Shown here in pieces: positions 38,301 through 46,512 of a stretch of 50,030 bases of DNA. The notes below the pieces were generated by a model that saw only the letters and a list, made by a program, of their open reading frames with translations, searched no databases and was not told the origin of the DNA. Within the stretch, counting starts at the first letter, position 1; each line of letters opens with the position of its first letter. Both the position numbers and the translations under genes were made by a program. Origin of the DNA: a virus (lineage: Duplodnaviria; Caudoviricetes); the IMG/VR virus record IMGVR_UViG_3300030329_004005, positions 1 through 50,030 of that record; one strand, given 5' to 3'.

Positions 38301-40712
38301 TCCTGCACTATTAGATGCTAATGGCGGTATATATCTTATTTGTTTTCCATCTGCAATTCCAACTCTTTGTATTATTTCTGAAGTGCCTTTTCCATATTGA
38401 GCATCTATTGTATTTTTAAATCTATTAATTACATTAGATGTTCCATCAGGTTCAGTCTCAGGCATTCTAGAAAGCTTAACTTCTTTTGTTTCAATTTGAT
38501 TAGCAGGTTTTTTAGATTCGTTTACTTTATTGTAAGTAAATTGTTTTTTAGTTCTACTGTTTGTTTTTGTATTAAATATCATTTCCTGTTGAAGAATTTG
38601 ACCAGTTCCTGGCCCAGTAATAAATTGATTAGTTACTACATTAAAAGAACGTCTAAGTTCTTTTGTATCAAACCTAGTTATATTTTTAGGATTTACCATA
38701 AATTTTGAAACTTGATTTAAAAATGTATTGAAATTTCCTTCTGCTCTTTCTACAGCTTTAATTAATTTAAGATTAGCTGCTGGAGCAGTTCCTTTAAATT
38801 CTCCTATCTCTACCATCGTTTCAGCAGCATTACGGAAACTGTGTGTTGTTATACTTTCAAAATCATTTGTAGAGTGTAATTGTTGATTTAAATCGATAAT
38901 AGAATCATTATTATATAAATCTAACATATGTTTAGTAATTTTATTTATATCATATTTACTTACATTATTTGATATTTCACTTAATTTAAGTTCTACTTCT
39001 CTTGGATCTAATTTATACCAGTCTACTTCCATGTTGGTTAATTCTTTTCCAAAGGTTGCACGCATTGCATTATAAAATTCTTCACTCTGAGGACCTTTAT
39101 CCATGTATTCTATACCCATTTTATCTGCAACCTTTTTAGTTGCTTTCATTGCAGCTTCCTGTTCTGCTTCGCTCATAGATTCAAAAAACAATCTTGGATT
39201 TGCATCAAAAATTCTATCTTGAGATCTACGAACAGAATCAAAGTATCTCATTATATATTCTTGAGAATTGGTTTCTAATTGTTTAAATTTAGGTAACCCT
39301 TGAACATATTTTTTAGCTCGTGTGGTATTCATAGTAGGTTTAATTAAATGAGATCTATTTATAATAAATTGATTAGCTCTAGTTCTCCATAATGGTTGTT
39401 CACCTGCAGAGAAAAACATACCTAATAATATTTCATATATCTGCTCTGGTAAAGGTAAATCATGTGAAGCAGTTGTTGCATATCCATATCCTGCACCAGC
39501 CATAGCTTTTAATAGTGTATCTACTTGTTGTTCTTTAATGTCAGCCATTCTTTGTGTTTCAGTTTTAGCCATTCTTTCTTTTTGGACCTTTGTATACTTT
39601 TTACCTTTTGTATACTGACGAAATCTATCGCTTTGTAACATCTTTGTTACAGCTGCATCACTGTATAGTTTTTCAGAATGTTGCCTTAGATATTTATCTG
39701 CAAAAGGTCTTGTCACTGGATTCTTCATAAGATTTGATACACTAACTGCAGTGCCAATCCCTCTAAACACAACACCTGCAATACCCATATGCATAGCACT
39801 TTCCATTGTTTGTTTCCATCCGCCTTCATTTCCTGAAGCCCAAGGGTGATTAGATGCAAACCCAGCTAGACCTAAATGAGCACCTCCATGTCCTAAATGA
39901 ATAATATTTCTAGCAATATTTGCACTCATTGCTCTTGATTGAATACCACGTGATACACCTAGATTTGTCAATGTTCTTTGTAAATTTTTCCTTGTTACCC
40001 CTGTGGTATTTTTTAATAATTTAGCACCTTTATCCATAAAGTGGTCAGCAAATTGCATAGGAAGAGAACGTATGCCATATAAAGGCTTTGTAGGATTTAA
40101 TGGATCCATCAGATCAACCATTTTCTTTTTATTACCATCCCACACTTGTAATGGTTTTCTAAAACTTTTTACCCCAGTTGTTTTTACTATTTTATTAGCT
40201 AATTTATGAGATGCCATCCTAGTTACATTTTGACCCTTCATTGCAGCCTTAGACACTGGGGATAAAATTTTACGTGCTGCAAGTCCTATTTTTCCAAATC
40301 TACTTGCAGCAACAGCTTTTCCGCCTGGAACAGGAGCAACCAAACCCAAAACTCCAATAATAATATCTGGGACAAATCCTATTAAATGGCCTACACTTCT
40401 AACTATTCTTTCACCGCTTGTATCTGCCTCTGGAGCATTAGCAACATTAAATGTAGTAAAACCTTCAAACATACCACCAATCATTTGATGTGACATTTGA
40501 AGTATACTAGTTTCACCATGTGCTAAATCTCTTTGAAATGGAACGTCTGCTTTCTTGAATTGGGATTCTAAATGATCAACATCCTCTTCTGTAAACATAG
40601 AAGGATTTTTTTCATACATAACAGCAGACCTATAAAGATAGTCTTCTGTAGTCATACGACCACTCTTTACAGCTGCTTCCAACTGTAATAATGTTTTATT
40701 CTGTGTTGCCAT
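29346..40712 (-). CDS. Giant virion/ejection polyprotein with a putative two-barrel RNA polymerase core plus YspA/SLOG-like and macro-like modules
   Basis: 3788 aa, last late gene. GKRDP...SIVVD...MSGADNDGDKANIF; LNIAGN...IRTGGQSGADEAG; WVFGDN..RKGTGG.A.IRG..NAIGVRTK; C-terminal QFIY...TPLGKMMTRF ejection-protein-like region. Confidence 0.75.
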   Translation of the reverse strand: MATQNKTLLQLEAAVKSGRMTTEDYLYRSAVMYEKNPSMFTEEDVDHLESQFKKADVPFQRDLAHGETSILQMSHQMIGGMFEGFTTFNVANAPEADTSGERIVRSVGHLIGFVPDIIIGVLGLVAPVPGGKAVAASRFGKIGLAARKILSPVSKAAMKGQNVTRMASHKLANKIVKTTGVKSFRKPLQVWDGNKKKMVDLMDPLNPTKPLYGIRSLPMQFADHFMDKGAKLLKNTTGVTRKNLQRTLTNLGVSRGIQSRAMSANIARNIIHLGHGGAHLGLAGFASNHPWASGNEGGWKQTMESAMHMGIAGVVFRGIGTAVSVSNLMKNPVTRPFADKYLRQHSEKLYSDAAVTKMLQSDRFRQYTKGKKYTKVQKERMAKTETQRMADIKEQQVDTLLKAMAGAGYGYATTASHDLPLPEQIYEILLGMFFSAGEQPLWRTRANQFIINRSHLIKPTMNTTRAKKYVQGLPKFKQLETNSQEYIMRYFDSVRRSQDRIFDANPRLFFESMSEAEQEAAMKATKKVADKMGIEYMDKGPQSEEFYNAMRATFGKELTNMEVDWYKLDPREVELKLSEISNNVSKYDINKITKHMLDLYNNDSIIDLNQQLHSTNDFESITTHSFRNAAETMVEIGEFKGTAPAANLKLIKAVERAEGNFNTFLNQVSKFMVNPKNITRFDTKELRRSFNVVTNQFITGPGTGQILQQEMIFNTKTNSRTKKQFTYNKVNESKKPANQIETKEVKLSRMPETEPDGTSNVINRFKNTIDAQYGKGTSEIIQRVGIADGKQIRYIPPLASNSAGEPFISMKYWEKQGIPEFAKKKLLFYGGQGDTGRIVLLKYPWLRADGKNTLTKKQRKFIYNKIREQDKSIGKKNPSQEMIDSVVGKYIWRLRFMGMTDGKNLSGKKAYNYYKNPLTILEWAENDLHKSISSFSKRLKLPYGIEIPMKPYFKELRKFFPGGNPEYDPNSRVFQKIKLTQDNEKHISPYIMMNYFNNNKIINMKTNKVFRGKNKSDREEFVKRYHNRTYRNATGYGYPNGPTDFTLGISVDSKSAGMRLTEKFSRESENGKNSFIGINPSSTSLKEHTNKIVDHIVKHAGKEKLKDGIILNIAGNSINKFMKFTDRTGTGWTQKSLDRYVSSLLIEVKKKLNIKEIRTGGQSGADEAGAKAGAMAGVKNVIVLQPKGFRYQTVDGKDALTIRDREFDFELGNAIREEGGVGKKNKLTGKTDLEQLQIDWLALYSKYADQKSKPYWKEQYKEEFFQKQSHKRWDVPLDSLTNTGSANMVWMKNTHGKIPYGSMNNPKEAKLILSREADWDGISLTVPEMIKEIAKIDGQNTNVGSIKTTINIPSFINPGKGEISLKHLLVAADPAYAKWMRDNDVLMINHMTTPKEGRINEKDQLEFREGFKPDTIEAGITYPEGFKAKELQENNLYKFRIDDIYVNSGAKEDFTKIGNIRISKPIFDLATKTNMDMDMLEKLLVEDMQGTEKANRKFVKDVVNDRKAFSRKNLDIDDININQLNDYTKNNYYKKEHTQSIASILKQVFKQTNSLSSEVDFQKKIEMYSELELAEINLRDLYETKEQLEMSGYHHQTLARHGAFVEAALKLYTTERMNSPRIKHSATVLLREYDPITERKFNIKHDEFLMSEGLARVIKVPIRDKQDNIIQVLTGKEYFDNLTEMRDNNTNWLMNSPAIKTGETYKEVLENVRFSGKRDPVNSISNVRIWKMKGYIEGRKGLSIVVDAFNKRMMSGADNDGDKANIFIMGKEWNDSFGRKEVQFAHNKNNNPFEVMKSFDDHNEISRLTGAVKEADLATSYHILNPLENIKQAQNSGKGFSSLGMADVGKKAFMRMHSLIEQGKTDFGEGVEISNAVPGEKGARRIDRDSEIIANELVDAVKVKEIDGYSEILRNQLLKHFNLKKDGKPMNLVDTPWDKIVEQIPFLTDTKNFQLLLRGKESRIPDQPSAQEIVNRYMDQYKGVEDGWKILGENLSKLNLNPKEFTEILPESESIIKMIEPLTKAISNSEIGRELRGVDLDYHNLFLTHVSARELKKIGSTPELFRMHTHRALANYLALHSSEGFREVMTKHGLREPAMEIIRQSIRENNAIKLGEIEANLPEGQTAPKRTVLHRLNKKRAQDKTLEFFDRLGIKTTTNERIELKKSIDNLYDMWWLAFPVLRDNPLVKSTNLESLYKEHDRLQGLIEQKEIELRLDPQNQSLQSKLSDLYKQRGGNAKKIVGSYNNNDRVKSITPENYRRYMDFTTKFYETSEAAVKEVKRELPEKIQKSLEDINLNERIAEEGHKVVEEMFPVQMAEQISTKDALKKFPKQQPYIEDLVLKDRFVDFHVSTNGRWSGNYLDLFRIMQSDLNMKAKDMKDMTRQDFEMFVNYLESEFKLSANDMKIAKILEEDKEVDILTLRDPYLRKDWAWNYPDDMTKMHRYIQAGRPNSVTAKTIRTEKYVTTKDGDIKRIVPVKVLSPTSMFERVLNNTKKIEELSAQQKPHLEDYKDAMLDPYLKLDDYKVFGKYKDRLSDIATAEREYNDGKYPRKNELDLSKFIYNQAYEKAQKDKIEIEKEMKEKKEEFIVRDIDGKPRKVNLDSMIKLVAKTHTKAYTDGRDRYIGSNFLSIKRDSKGMLIEKDGSPITEKGPLAILLDGAAGGNAKKYKVPPSELKNISSDRAYVKDLKEYLYIKRGLKLINMDKIHYITNYVLNNKSLPPDKINDYVFSGQDMNWILYELNKLNYVQEKMPRDKFDNPINVSKAKGPTLKKIKEWIEKYERENKIDYDLQGEITSENLTSNAYAYQSGHQNIKADIENIKKFSKDVMEPWILGEKVTKDGKEVLPQFSMDQLSPYYKKKLETGEMTEPEIKQHLYDQLQFQINRLGVKGIEERENTLVEGDIRMYDSYQTKSTPGRAFGPLMRRGAFPLPHKDTRMSVPFRYHEIMSSINIQRMVLLANHMAIKDFQRLARKDKEIGQMSENWINYVQIAQKGWMNRETLYNPMQFGYTKYHYGMLKRLAEQNDEDSLYNIEYTNKGKKIKTRNDVTSFNIDGIRAMVRKGLSGEYVRDLNFIDILRKTVEPSRGDQYAMKKRAYSEELKKIQKKPIVVEPFKPAKKITNLKGYVGKAKDTLWVFGDNNARKGTGGSAEIRGLSNAIGVRTKWSPDKKKESYFTDADRPKIEKLVQEDINTIIKTFNKGDYKKIKVIGELGAGLATAPKKYKMEGEQKILSWINNQVFKMGPKPDDAAVKANFESKVHEQRVINLQEQVDPKNIDKIGFFKQYTVRPLNYTFSTNPAFYTSESASTDAMEWLNRRAKKFGLGRIINLKDLPEDIDTRRRALRTSMNTLARWEGKYNLLSLLYHPKAWMTNVYSGEANIIGDVGFDHWKSSIRHEDRVNILRGEEFQRPDPRNPGQFTTEKINPRSAKEDVNLLMTQKGIISGTIEQDTLYDARFKGAEAKNFFRDLNKKMKQKFIEDPSLLNNTNETAVRYAKEVDKTVLELSNIHGVSDAIVKHGALFMRHSEMLLRTHTAIAAYKKALNEMNVTGDPFGKDRIINRDFVWDYARMIVERSQFIYHATRRPHVANTPLGKMMTRFHPFTWNSLRRWHFAKKDADAARFVKDMEATKRLRRMTNIAVVQLGLASVFFSSLFEHALAPPFGWLEDIVQLLYGDDEEKRKAFYNPYGVPALSPLAVVTPPTARLPLGPIRAGITGDWDSYWQYTLPASVPFGRLGASAFKTLDNPVMFAENLFGLPIHRLQQRMTRESKQAEKYWEDKEKLEEFNKNR

Positions 40713-41338
40713 TAATAGTTAGCTCTTGGAAGTTTTCTTTGGCTTCTAATCGCTTCAGGGTCTGATTGTAATCTTTCAATCTCACCTTCATAAAATTCTA
40801 TATAATTATCTATTTTAGCAACATCAACATCTTCTTGTAGCCACTTCTCAGCTGTCCTGTAATTCTTTAAAGTTGAAATAGCTGTAGTAGCTTGATCTAT
40901 AGCTTGCTGAACACCTTCGCCATCTTGACCAAAGTAAGCCCAGGATTGTACGACATTTCCTCTATTGTCTTTATAGAAATCATGATTCACTTCAAAAGCA
41001 GCCATTGCTGTATCATATTTTTCTTTTCTTGCAGTATCTGTAAACCAATCCCATACTCCATAACCACTAAAAAACCAATTGTCGTGTTGACCATACTTCT
41101 CTGCTTGAGCAAAATCGATGTCTGCTGTTTCTGCTAAAAACCCTGCTTGTTCTGCTGCTATAGAAGCCTCAAACATACGGCTATCTTTAGCTATCTCTGC
41201 AGCATGTGATTGCAATGCTTGCTGATTAACAAGCATTAGAGCTTGTTTTTCTTCCCAAGTTGGTTCTGTTATTGTCTTTACAAGACCACTAAAAGAATCA
41301 ATAGCTTCTCTTAATGCAATTAAATTATCTCTATCCAT
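40712..41338 (-). CDS. Putative internal virion protein
   Basis: Helical, 208 aa, TAATG-coupled to the giant gene. Confidence 0.5.
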   Translation of the reverse strand: MDRDNLIALREAIDSFSGLVKTITEPTWEEKQALMLVNQQALQSHAAEIAKDSRMFEASIAAEQAGFLAETADIDFAQAEKYGQHDNWFFSGYGVWDWFTDTARKEKYDTAMAAFEVNHDFYKDNRGNVVQSWAYFGQDGEGVQQAIDQATTAISTLKNYRTAEKWLQEDVDVAKIDNYIEFYEGEIERLQSDPEAIRSQRKLPRANY

Positions 41339-41883
41339 TATTGATACCCTCCTAAATTAGCTTGTGTATTAATAGTTTGTGTTGGAACCTTATATCCACG
41401 TTCCATAGCCACTCTTTCAATATCCAATAAGCCTGCTTGCACATCTCTTAATGCACTTTCAGCTCCTCTTTGAATACCCCAGAATTGCTGTTTAGCACTT
41501 GCTTCTAATCCCATACCTTTTAATTGGTAATCTTTTTCTACTGCTGAAGCTGCTGTTTCTACTCCTCCTCCATAAGATAAATTAGATCTACCTACTTCTC
41601 CTATAGCACGAGTTCTATCAGCTGACCATTGATTCATAAGAGAATCTCTTTGAATACCTAATCCTTCTCTAGCATATTCTGCTGTCTGTGCCCATTCTTG
41701 TTTTATATCTCCAGCTGCACCCATTAATGAGGTTTGTGTTTTAAGTGCAAAAGCTTTTTCTCTTCTTCTTCTTTTTCTTTCTTGTCTTCTAGCTTTTCTA
41801 GATTGAAAGAATCCTGATACTAAACCTACTCCTGCAAACACTGCCTGTGCTGTTGTTGCTGCTGCCATCATTGCTCCTGGCAT
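41338..41883 (-). CDS. Putative internal virion (ejection) protein
   Basis: Hydrophobic Ala/Gly N-terminus, then basic and helical segments, as in podoviral ejection proteins. Confidence 0.55.
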   Translation of the reverse strand: MPGAMMAAATTAQAVFAGVGLVSGFFQSRKARRQERKRRRREKAFALKTQTSLMGAAGDIKQEWAQTAEYAREGLGIQRDSLMNQWSADRTRAIGEVGRSNLSYGGGVETAASAVEKDYQLKGMGLEASAKQQFWGIQRGAESALRDVQAGLLDIERVAMERGYKVPTQTINTQANLGGYQ

Positions 41884-42443
41884 TATTTACCCCCTTCATT
41901 ATTATCTAATGGAACAAACTCTAATCCTTCATCTGTAATACCATTTAAGGCATCTAACAAAGAAAAGTTTTCTCCTAATTTTAATCCTGCTTCTTCTAAA
42001 AGTGGATCAGGTTTATCATGTTCTGGCACCCATCCGTGACCTCCCTTTTCATCAAAGTCTTTATCTAGCTTATTTTCTATGCTATCTTGCCTTGCTTTTT
42101 CAGATTCCATTTCTTTTTGAAACCAAGGATCAACTTCTTTTGGTGCTCCATATAATTCCCCTGGTTGTCCTGTGCCTTCTAGCATAGGATCTCTAGGAAT
42201 ATTGAGTGAGTCCATAACTGCTTCTTTTTCTAAATTCTTTTGATACTCTATTTGATCAGCGTTAAGTATTTCATCTGTAACAGCTTCTTTTATTTCATCA
42301 TATAATATATTATTCTGCTGATATTCTTTATTTACAACGCCTTCTCTGTCTTTAAATGGATTTACTTTTCCATGAACTGCTGGATCATACACCTTCAAAG
42401 AATCAGCTACTGCTTTTAATCTATCTCTTTCTTTATTAGCCAT
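41883..42443 (-). CDS. Acidic hypothetical protein
   Basis: ORF track, 186 aa, coupled. Confidence 0.65.
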   Translation of the reverse strand: MANKERDRLKAVADSLKVYDPAVHGKVNPFKDREGVVNKEYQQNNILYDEIKEAVTDEILNADQIEYQKNLEKEAVMDSLNIPRDPMLEGTGQPGELYGAPKEVDPWFQKEMESEKARQDSIENKLDKDFDEKGGHGWVPEHDKPDPLLEEAGLKLGENFSLLDALNGITDEGLEFVPLDNNEGGK

Positions 42444-42945
42444 TCATATTCTCCTTTATTTTTTCTATAGCTTCTACAAAATCCTCCACTCTAACTGGTG
42501 TTTGCTCTTTCCAGTTAGAAGGTTCTTTATCAGGTGGATTCTTATATAATAATTCTTGTATTGCAGCATCGTATTGTTTGTTTTTTAAACATCCCCATGT
42601 AGCTGGAAATTTCTTATGCCAACTTCTACCTAATTGATAGTTAACAGATATTAGTGCTATTTTAAAATCTTCATCTATTAAGTTTAATGATTTCATTTGT
42701 TCACCTGCTCCATCTAAAGCTGTTTTAATATCTTCTTTAAACCAATCATCAATAACTCTCTTTGGTACTAAAGACTTTACAGGATATTTTTCCTGCTCTT
42801 CTTTAGTAAGAAGATGCCCAATACCACAAGTAGGCTTACCTAATATATCCAAGTAAACACTTTGTTTATATCCTTCTCTAAGCTTAATATGCTCAAAAAG
42901 CTTTTCCATAAAAGCATCTTTCTTTCTTCCAAACCAAGGTATCAT
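42436..42945 (-). CDS. T4-type lysozyme (GH24 muramidase)
   Basis: IKLREG...VYLD.LGKPTCGIGHLL gives the E-x8-D-x5-T triad; C-terminal SNWKEQTPVRV. Confidence 0.88.
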   Translation of the reverse strand: MIPWFGRKKDAFMEKLFEHIKLREGYKQSVYLDILGKPTCGIGHLLTKEEQEKYPVKSLVPKRVIDDWFKEDIKTALDGAGEQMKSLNLIDEDFKIALISVNYQLGRSWHKKFPATWGCLKNKQYDAAIQELLYKNPPDKEPSNWKEQTPVRVEDFVEAIEKIKENMNG

Positions 42946-43637
42946 TATAAAATCCCTGTGCCTTTAAAAGCAGGCATATTAACTACCTCTTTAGCTTTTT
43001 TTATATTTTCATCATCTGGTTTAGCATAGTTATCAGGATCAAATAAAGGGTTATAGTCTTTATTATCTTTTAAATTGTCATCATCTGATGTTTTTTCTTC
43101 TTTAACCAATTTATCTTTATCAACAGGTTTCGGAGGACCGTATACTTCATTACTATCTATTCTATCACTATAGTCTTTTTCTTGCTCATAAGTAACGTAA
43201 CTATCTTGCACTATACCTTGAAGTTTTGCAGTTACTGGTTGTGGTCCTACTACTTGAACAGTTTCTCCATTGGCATTAATTTTATAATTTGTAACTGATT
43301 TAGTTAATAATTCAACCAAATCATTAGGATCTGCTCCTCTTGATACTGCTCTATCAATTCTTCTTAAAGCTTGAGGCAATTTACCTTTTTTTAATTTTTT
43401 AGCTATTCTACGTGCTTTTCTATCTGTTTTAGTGGCTTTAAGTTCTTGAATGCCTTTAACCATATCAACACCAATTTGCCCTGCTTCCCAACCTGCTCTT
43501 GCTCCTTCAAATGCTGATGCTGCATCATACATAGCTCTATTAAAAGGATCGTTTTCAGCTTTCATTTGCTGATTATAAGCATCTTCAGCAACATCCTTAT
43601 CAAATTGTTTCATTATTAAATCTACTCTACTAGCCAT
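42945..43637 (-). CDS. Putative internal virion protein
   Basis: ORF track, 230 aa, late operon context. Confidence 0.5.
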   Translation of the reverse strand: MASRVDLIMKQFDKDVAEDAYNQQMKAENDPFNRAMYDAASAFEGARAGWEAGQIGVDMVKGIQELKATKTDRKARRIAKKLKKGKLPQALRRIDRAVSRGADPNDLVELLTKSVTNYKINANGETVQVVGPQPVTAKLQGIVQDSYVTYEQEKDYSDRIDSNEVYGPPKPVDKDKLVKEEKTSDDDNLKDNKDYNPLFDPDNYAKPDDENIKKAKEVVNMPAFKGTGIL

Positions 43638-43914
43638 TATCTCTCTCCAATTCAGTTTTAAACCATTCTTTTCCTATTTTATGATAAGAATAATACTTAT
43701 CACCATCTTTTACAAGCTTTGTATCTCCTTCTGTTCCTTCACTTGGGGTAGGTTTTCTTTCAAATTTAGTGCTTACTGCTGCTTGTTGTCTTACTTCTGT
43801 TGCAATACTTCTAGCACTTTTACGCCCACCACCAAGACCTTTTCTATCCTTTTCAGGTTTAAGAGTATTAGTTAAGTTAGAATAAAAATCTGGTAATTTT
43901 GCTTCCTTTGCCAT
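43630..43914 (-). CDS. Hypothetical virion protein
   Basis: 94 aa, follows the nozzle gene. Confidence 0.6.
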   Translation of the reverse strand: MAKEAKLPDFYSNLTNTLKPEKDRKGLGGGRKSARSIATEVRQQAAVSTKFERKPTPSEGTEGDTKLVKDGDKYYSYHKIGKEWFKTELERDNG

Positions 43915-46382
43915 TATCTTATACTCTTCAATCTATATACTATTTGTATATCATTAACTTCAAAATTAGTTCTTTCAGAATCTGCTTTAACAAATTTTAA
44001 CCCAAATGATTTAACTCTTTTAAAGTCGTCATGAACATCTGTTGATACACTTCTAATTTTTATTTTAGCAGTTCTATATGTTGTATCATTAGTTCCTGAT
44101 AAAGTAACTAAATCATGTTCAATTGCTGATCCACCATCATTTGTATCTGTAAATCCTTTAACAACAATACCATCTCCATTTTTATAGCTTATATAAATAG
44201 TGCTGATATTTTTATCTTGATTTGGTAGATCCATAGTATATGCTGGTGTAGTTAATTCTAAACTAAGATTACTAGAACCTTCTAATAAACCAGCCTCAGG
44301 ATTCCAATAACGTAATTCTTGATTACTTCCAATTCTTTCATACCAAACTAATTTACCATCATTTAAATTAACTAAATTTGTAATACTATTGCTAGTGCAT
44401 TTAGCTTTCCCTCTAACAAAAGATAAAGATTTTAAATCAATTTCTAAAACATTGTCAGAACTTCCATCGTAAGAAGTATTCGTAACAATTAATGTTTGTT
44501 TTTCTGGAACATATCCCAATTGTGCATTATCATGGTAATAATCAGTTCCCCAGTCTTTTAATTTCTTTTGACCATTTTCTCCTATTGTTAAATCTCTCAT
44601 TGATTCACCGTCATATACAAACAAACCATATTTATTAAACCATGCTACAAAACCTTCTGCTTCAACTACATGATAATCTTTTTCACATCCTTTAAAATGT
44701 AAAGTTCCTTCTAAAAATTCAATATCTCTACTAACGTTAATGATATATAACGTATTACGTTTAAATTCAAGTAACTTACTTCCAACTGAAGCTAATTTAA
44801 CTATATCATCACCATCGTTTATTTCAACATCTAATCTTCTTTCAAATTCAAAATGATCAAATTCATTTACTAAAGATTTTAAAACAGTATCATTAGCTGT
44901 TTGTAGTTTATTATTAGTATCGTAATACATTATATTGCCGATATATGCTCTACGATTTATTATTGTAGAGGTTTTAAAACTTGTTCCAGCTCTACCCATA
45001 ACATTTCTATTTCTATCAATATGGGGCTCATCTGTTGGCAATGATTGAACATTTTGTATTCCAAGTATCTTCATAGCTGCAGAAGATGATGCACCCCAAC
45101 TTCCTCCTGTTTGATAAAAATATTTATCATTATCTCCAGTTCCTGATAAAGCTGCACATGTTCCATCTCCATCTTCATCATCGTGTGTAGTAAATCCAAA
45201 TGCAATCCAGTTATCGAATCCTCCAATTCTATATCCTTTTTCAAAATCAACTTCAAAGAATAAATACTTTTGTCCAAAGTTAGTTTGAACTGAAGATGTA
45301 TAATCTTCTGCTATTGCCCAATAGATATTAATACCAGTTTGTCTTGGATTATCTGGTAATCTTCCAATAAATGCATAATTAAATGTTTTTTTAGTATCAG
45401 CTGTTACAGTAGGTTGAGATATATACCCAACATGAACAAGGTCTGATTCTTGATCTCCATAAACATTAGAAGCAAATATTGCAATTCTTTTATTAGAAGC
45501 ACCAGTATATGCAAAAATACTAGCACCTGCATCATCACTAGTGTCAGTTGCAGGATCTAACCAAGCCCAAAAACCTAAAGTTCCATAACCTGTTGCAAAT
45601 GCAGAATGTCCATCTAAAGCATCTGATAAAGTTGCTAAAGTATCAGTCCCACTTGGAGTTATAGTATTTCCTGAAACAGTCCAACTTGCTATATCTTGAT
45701 TAAATACAAGTTCTGATCTATTTGCTAAGAAAACTGTAGGGGATATATCTTTAGTATCATATCCATAACCATCAGGAGTTTCTGTTGCATCTCCTAATAG
45801 TGGTGAAAGATATTGATTAGCTACCTTAAATCCATTAACTTGCTTAAGGATAAGAACAGGAACATCAGCTGCCACAGCTCCATAGGTAAAAACTTTATCA
45901 AGATATCCATACCATTTATTTTGATTTTGTGGACCTCCAGCAGTAACACTGTAATCATGTGCAGAAACTCTAACTTCACCATCAACTGCATAGTAATCAA
46001 CCTTTGCTGCTGCACTTCCATAATCAATGTCTGAACCAGTTTCATATGCTCCGTCTGTTCTATCAAATACTTTAACTTTTGTATTACCTATATCGTTAAT
46101 TAATAACATTTCGGTATTAGCCAAAGCTCCATCAGCTGGATCTCTATCTGAATTAAAATGAAATAATCCATTACCATGGTTAATAGCACTGGCAAACTGT
46201 TCTTCATCAGCACTGCTAACATGTGGTAAGTTTTTAACCGAACCTAATACCTTTAGAGTTCCAGGTCTTTCAACAGAAAATCCGTCAATAAGCTGGAACT
46301 CATTTACTAGTAAGTCTCTAGCATTGGTATTGTCGTTTAAACCGCCACTAAAATTTGTTAAGTTTAATACTTTTTTGGGCAC
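43914..46382 (-). CDS. Tail nozzle / tail tubular protein B-like (beta-propeller)
   Basis: 822 aa; N-terminal NFSGGLND...DLLVNE, DGDDIVKLASVGSKLLEFK, GLFVYDG, C-terminal FEVNDIQIVYR; GTG start. Confidence 0.7.
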   Translation of the reverse strand: MPKKVLNLTNFSGGLNDNTNARDLLVNEFQLIDGFSVERPGTLKVLGSVKNLPHVSSADEEQFASAINHGNGLFHFNSDRDPADGALANTEMLLINDIGNTKVKVFDRTDGAYETGSDIDYGSAAAKVDYYAVDGEVRVSAHDYSVTAGGPQNQNKWYGYLDKVFTYGAVAADVPVLILKQVNGFKVANQYLSPLLGDATETPDGYGYDTKDISPTVFLANRSELVFNQDIASWTVSGNTITPSGTDTLATLSDALDGHSAFATGYGTLGFWAWLDPATDTSDDAGASIFAYTGASNKRIAIFASNVYGDQESDLVHVGYISQPTVTADTKKTFNYAFIGRLPDNPRQTGINIYWAIAEDYTSSVQTNFGQKYLFFEVDFEKGYRIGGFDNWIAFGFTTHDDEDGDGTCAALSGTGDNDKYFYQTGGSWGASSSAAMKILGIQNVQSLPTDEPHIDRNRNVMGRAGTSFKTSTIINRRAYIGNIMYYDTNNKLQTANDTVLKSLVNEFDHFEFERRLDVEINDGDDIVKLASVGSKLLEFKRNTLYIINVSRDIEFLEGTLHFKGCEKDYHVVEAEGFVAWFNKYGLFVYDGESMRDLTIGENGQKKLKDWGTDYYHDNAQLGYVPEKQTLIVTNTSYDGSSDNVLEIDLKSLSFVRGKAKCTSNSITNLVNLNDGKLVWYERIGSNQELRYWNPEAGLLEGSSNLSLELTTPAYTMDLPNQDKNISTIYISYKNGDGIVVKGFTDTNDGGSAIEHDLVTLSGTNDTTYRTAKIKIRSVSTDVHDDFKRVKSFGLKFVKADSERTNFEVNDIQIVYRLKSIR

Positions 46383-46512
46383 GACTTTTCATTCCTTTTT
46401 TTAGTTTAGTTTTTTTGCCTTTTTTAAGATTATGCATTCTTCTATCCTTGTCTATGTTTGTCTCCATCCAAGGATTACCTTTTAATGAATTTGTTGTAAA
46501 TATCTTACTCAT
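46348..46512 (-). CDS. Small basic hypothetical protein (54 aa)
   Basis: Hand translation MSKIFTTNSLKGNPWMETNIDKDRRMHNLKKGKKTK...; fills the gap. Confidence 0.5.
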   Translation of the reverse strand: MSKIFTTNSLKGNPWMETNIDKDRRMHNLKKGKKTKLKKGMKSRAQKSIKLNKF

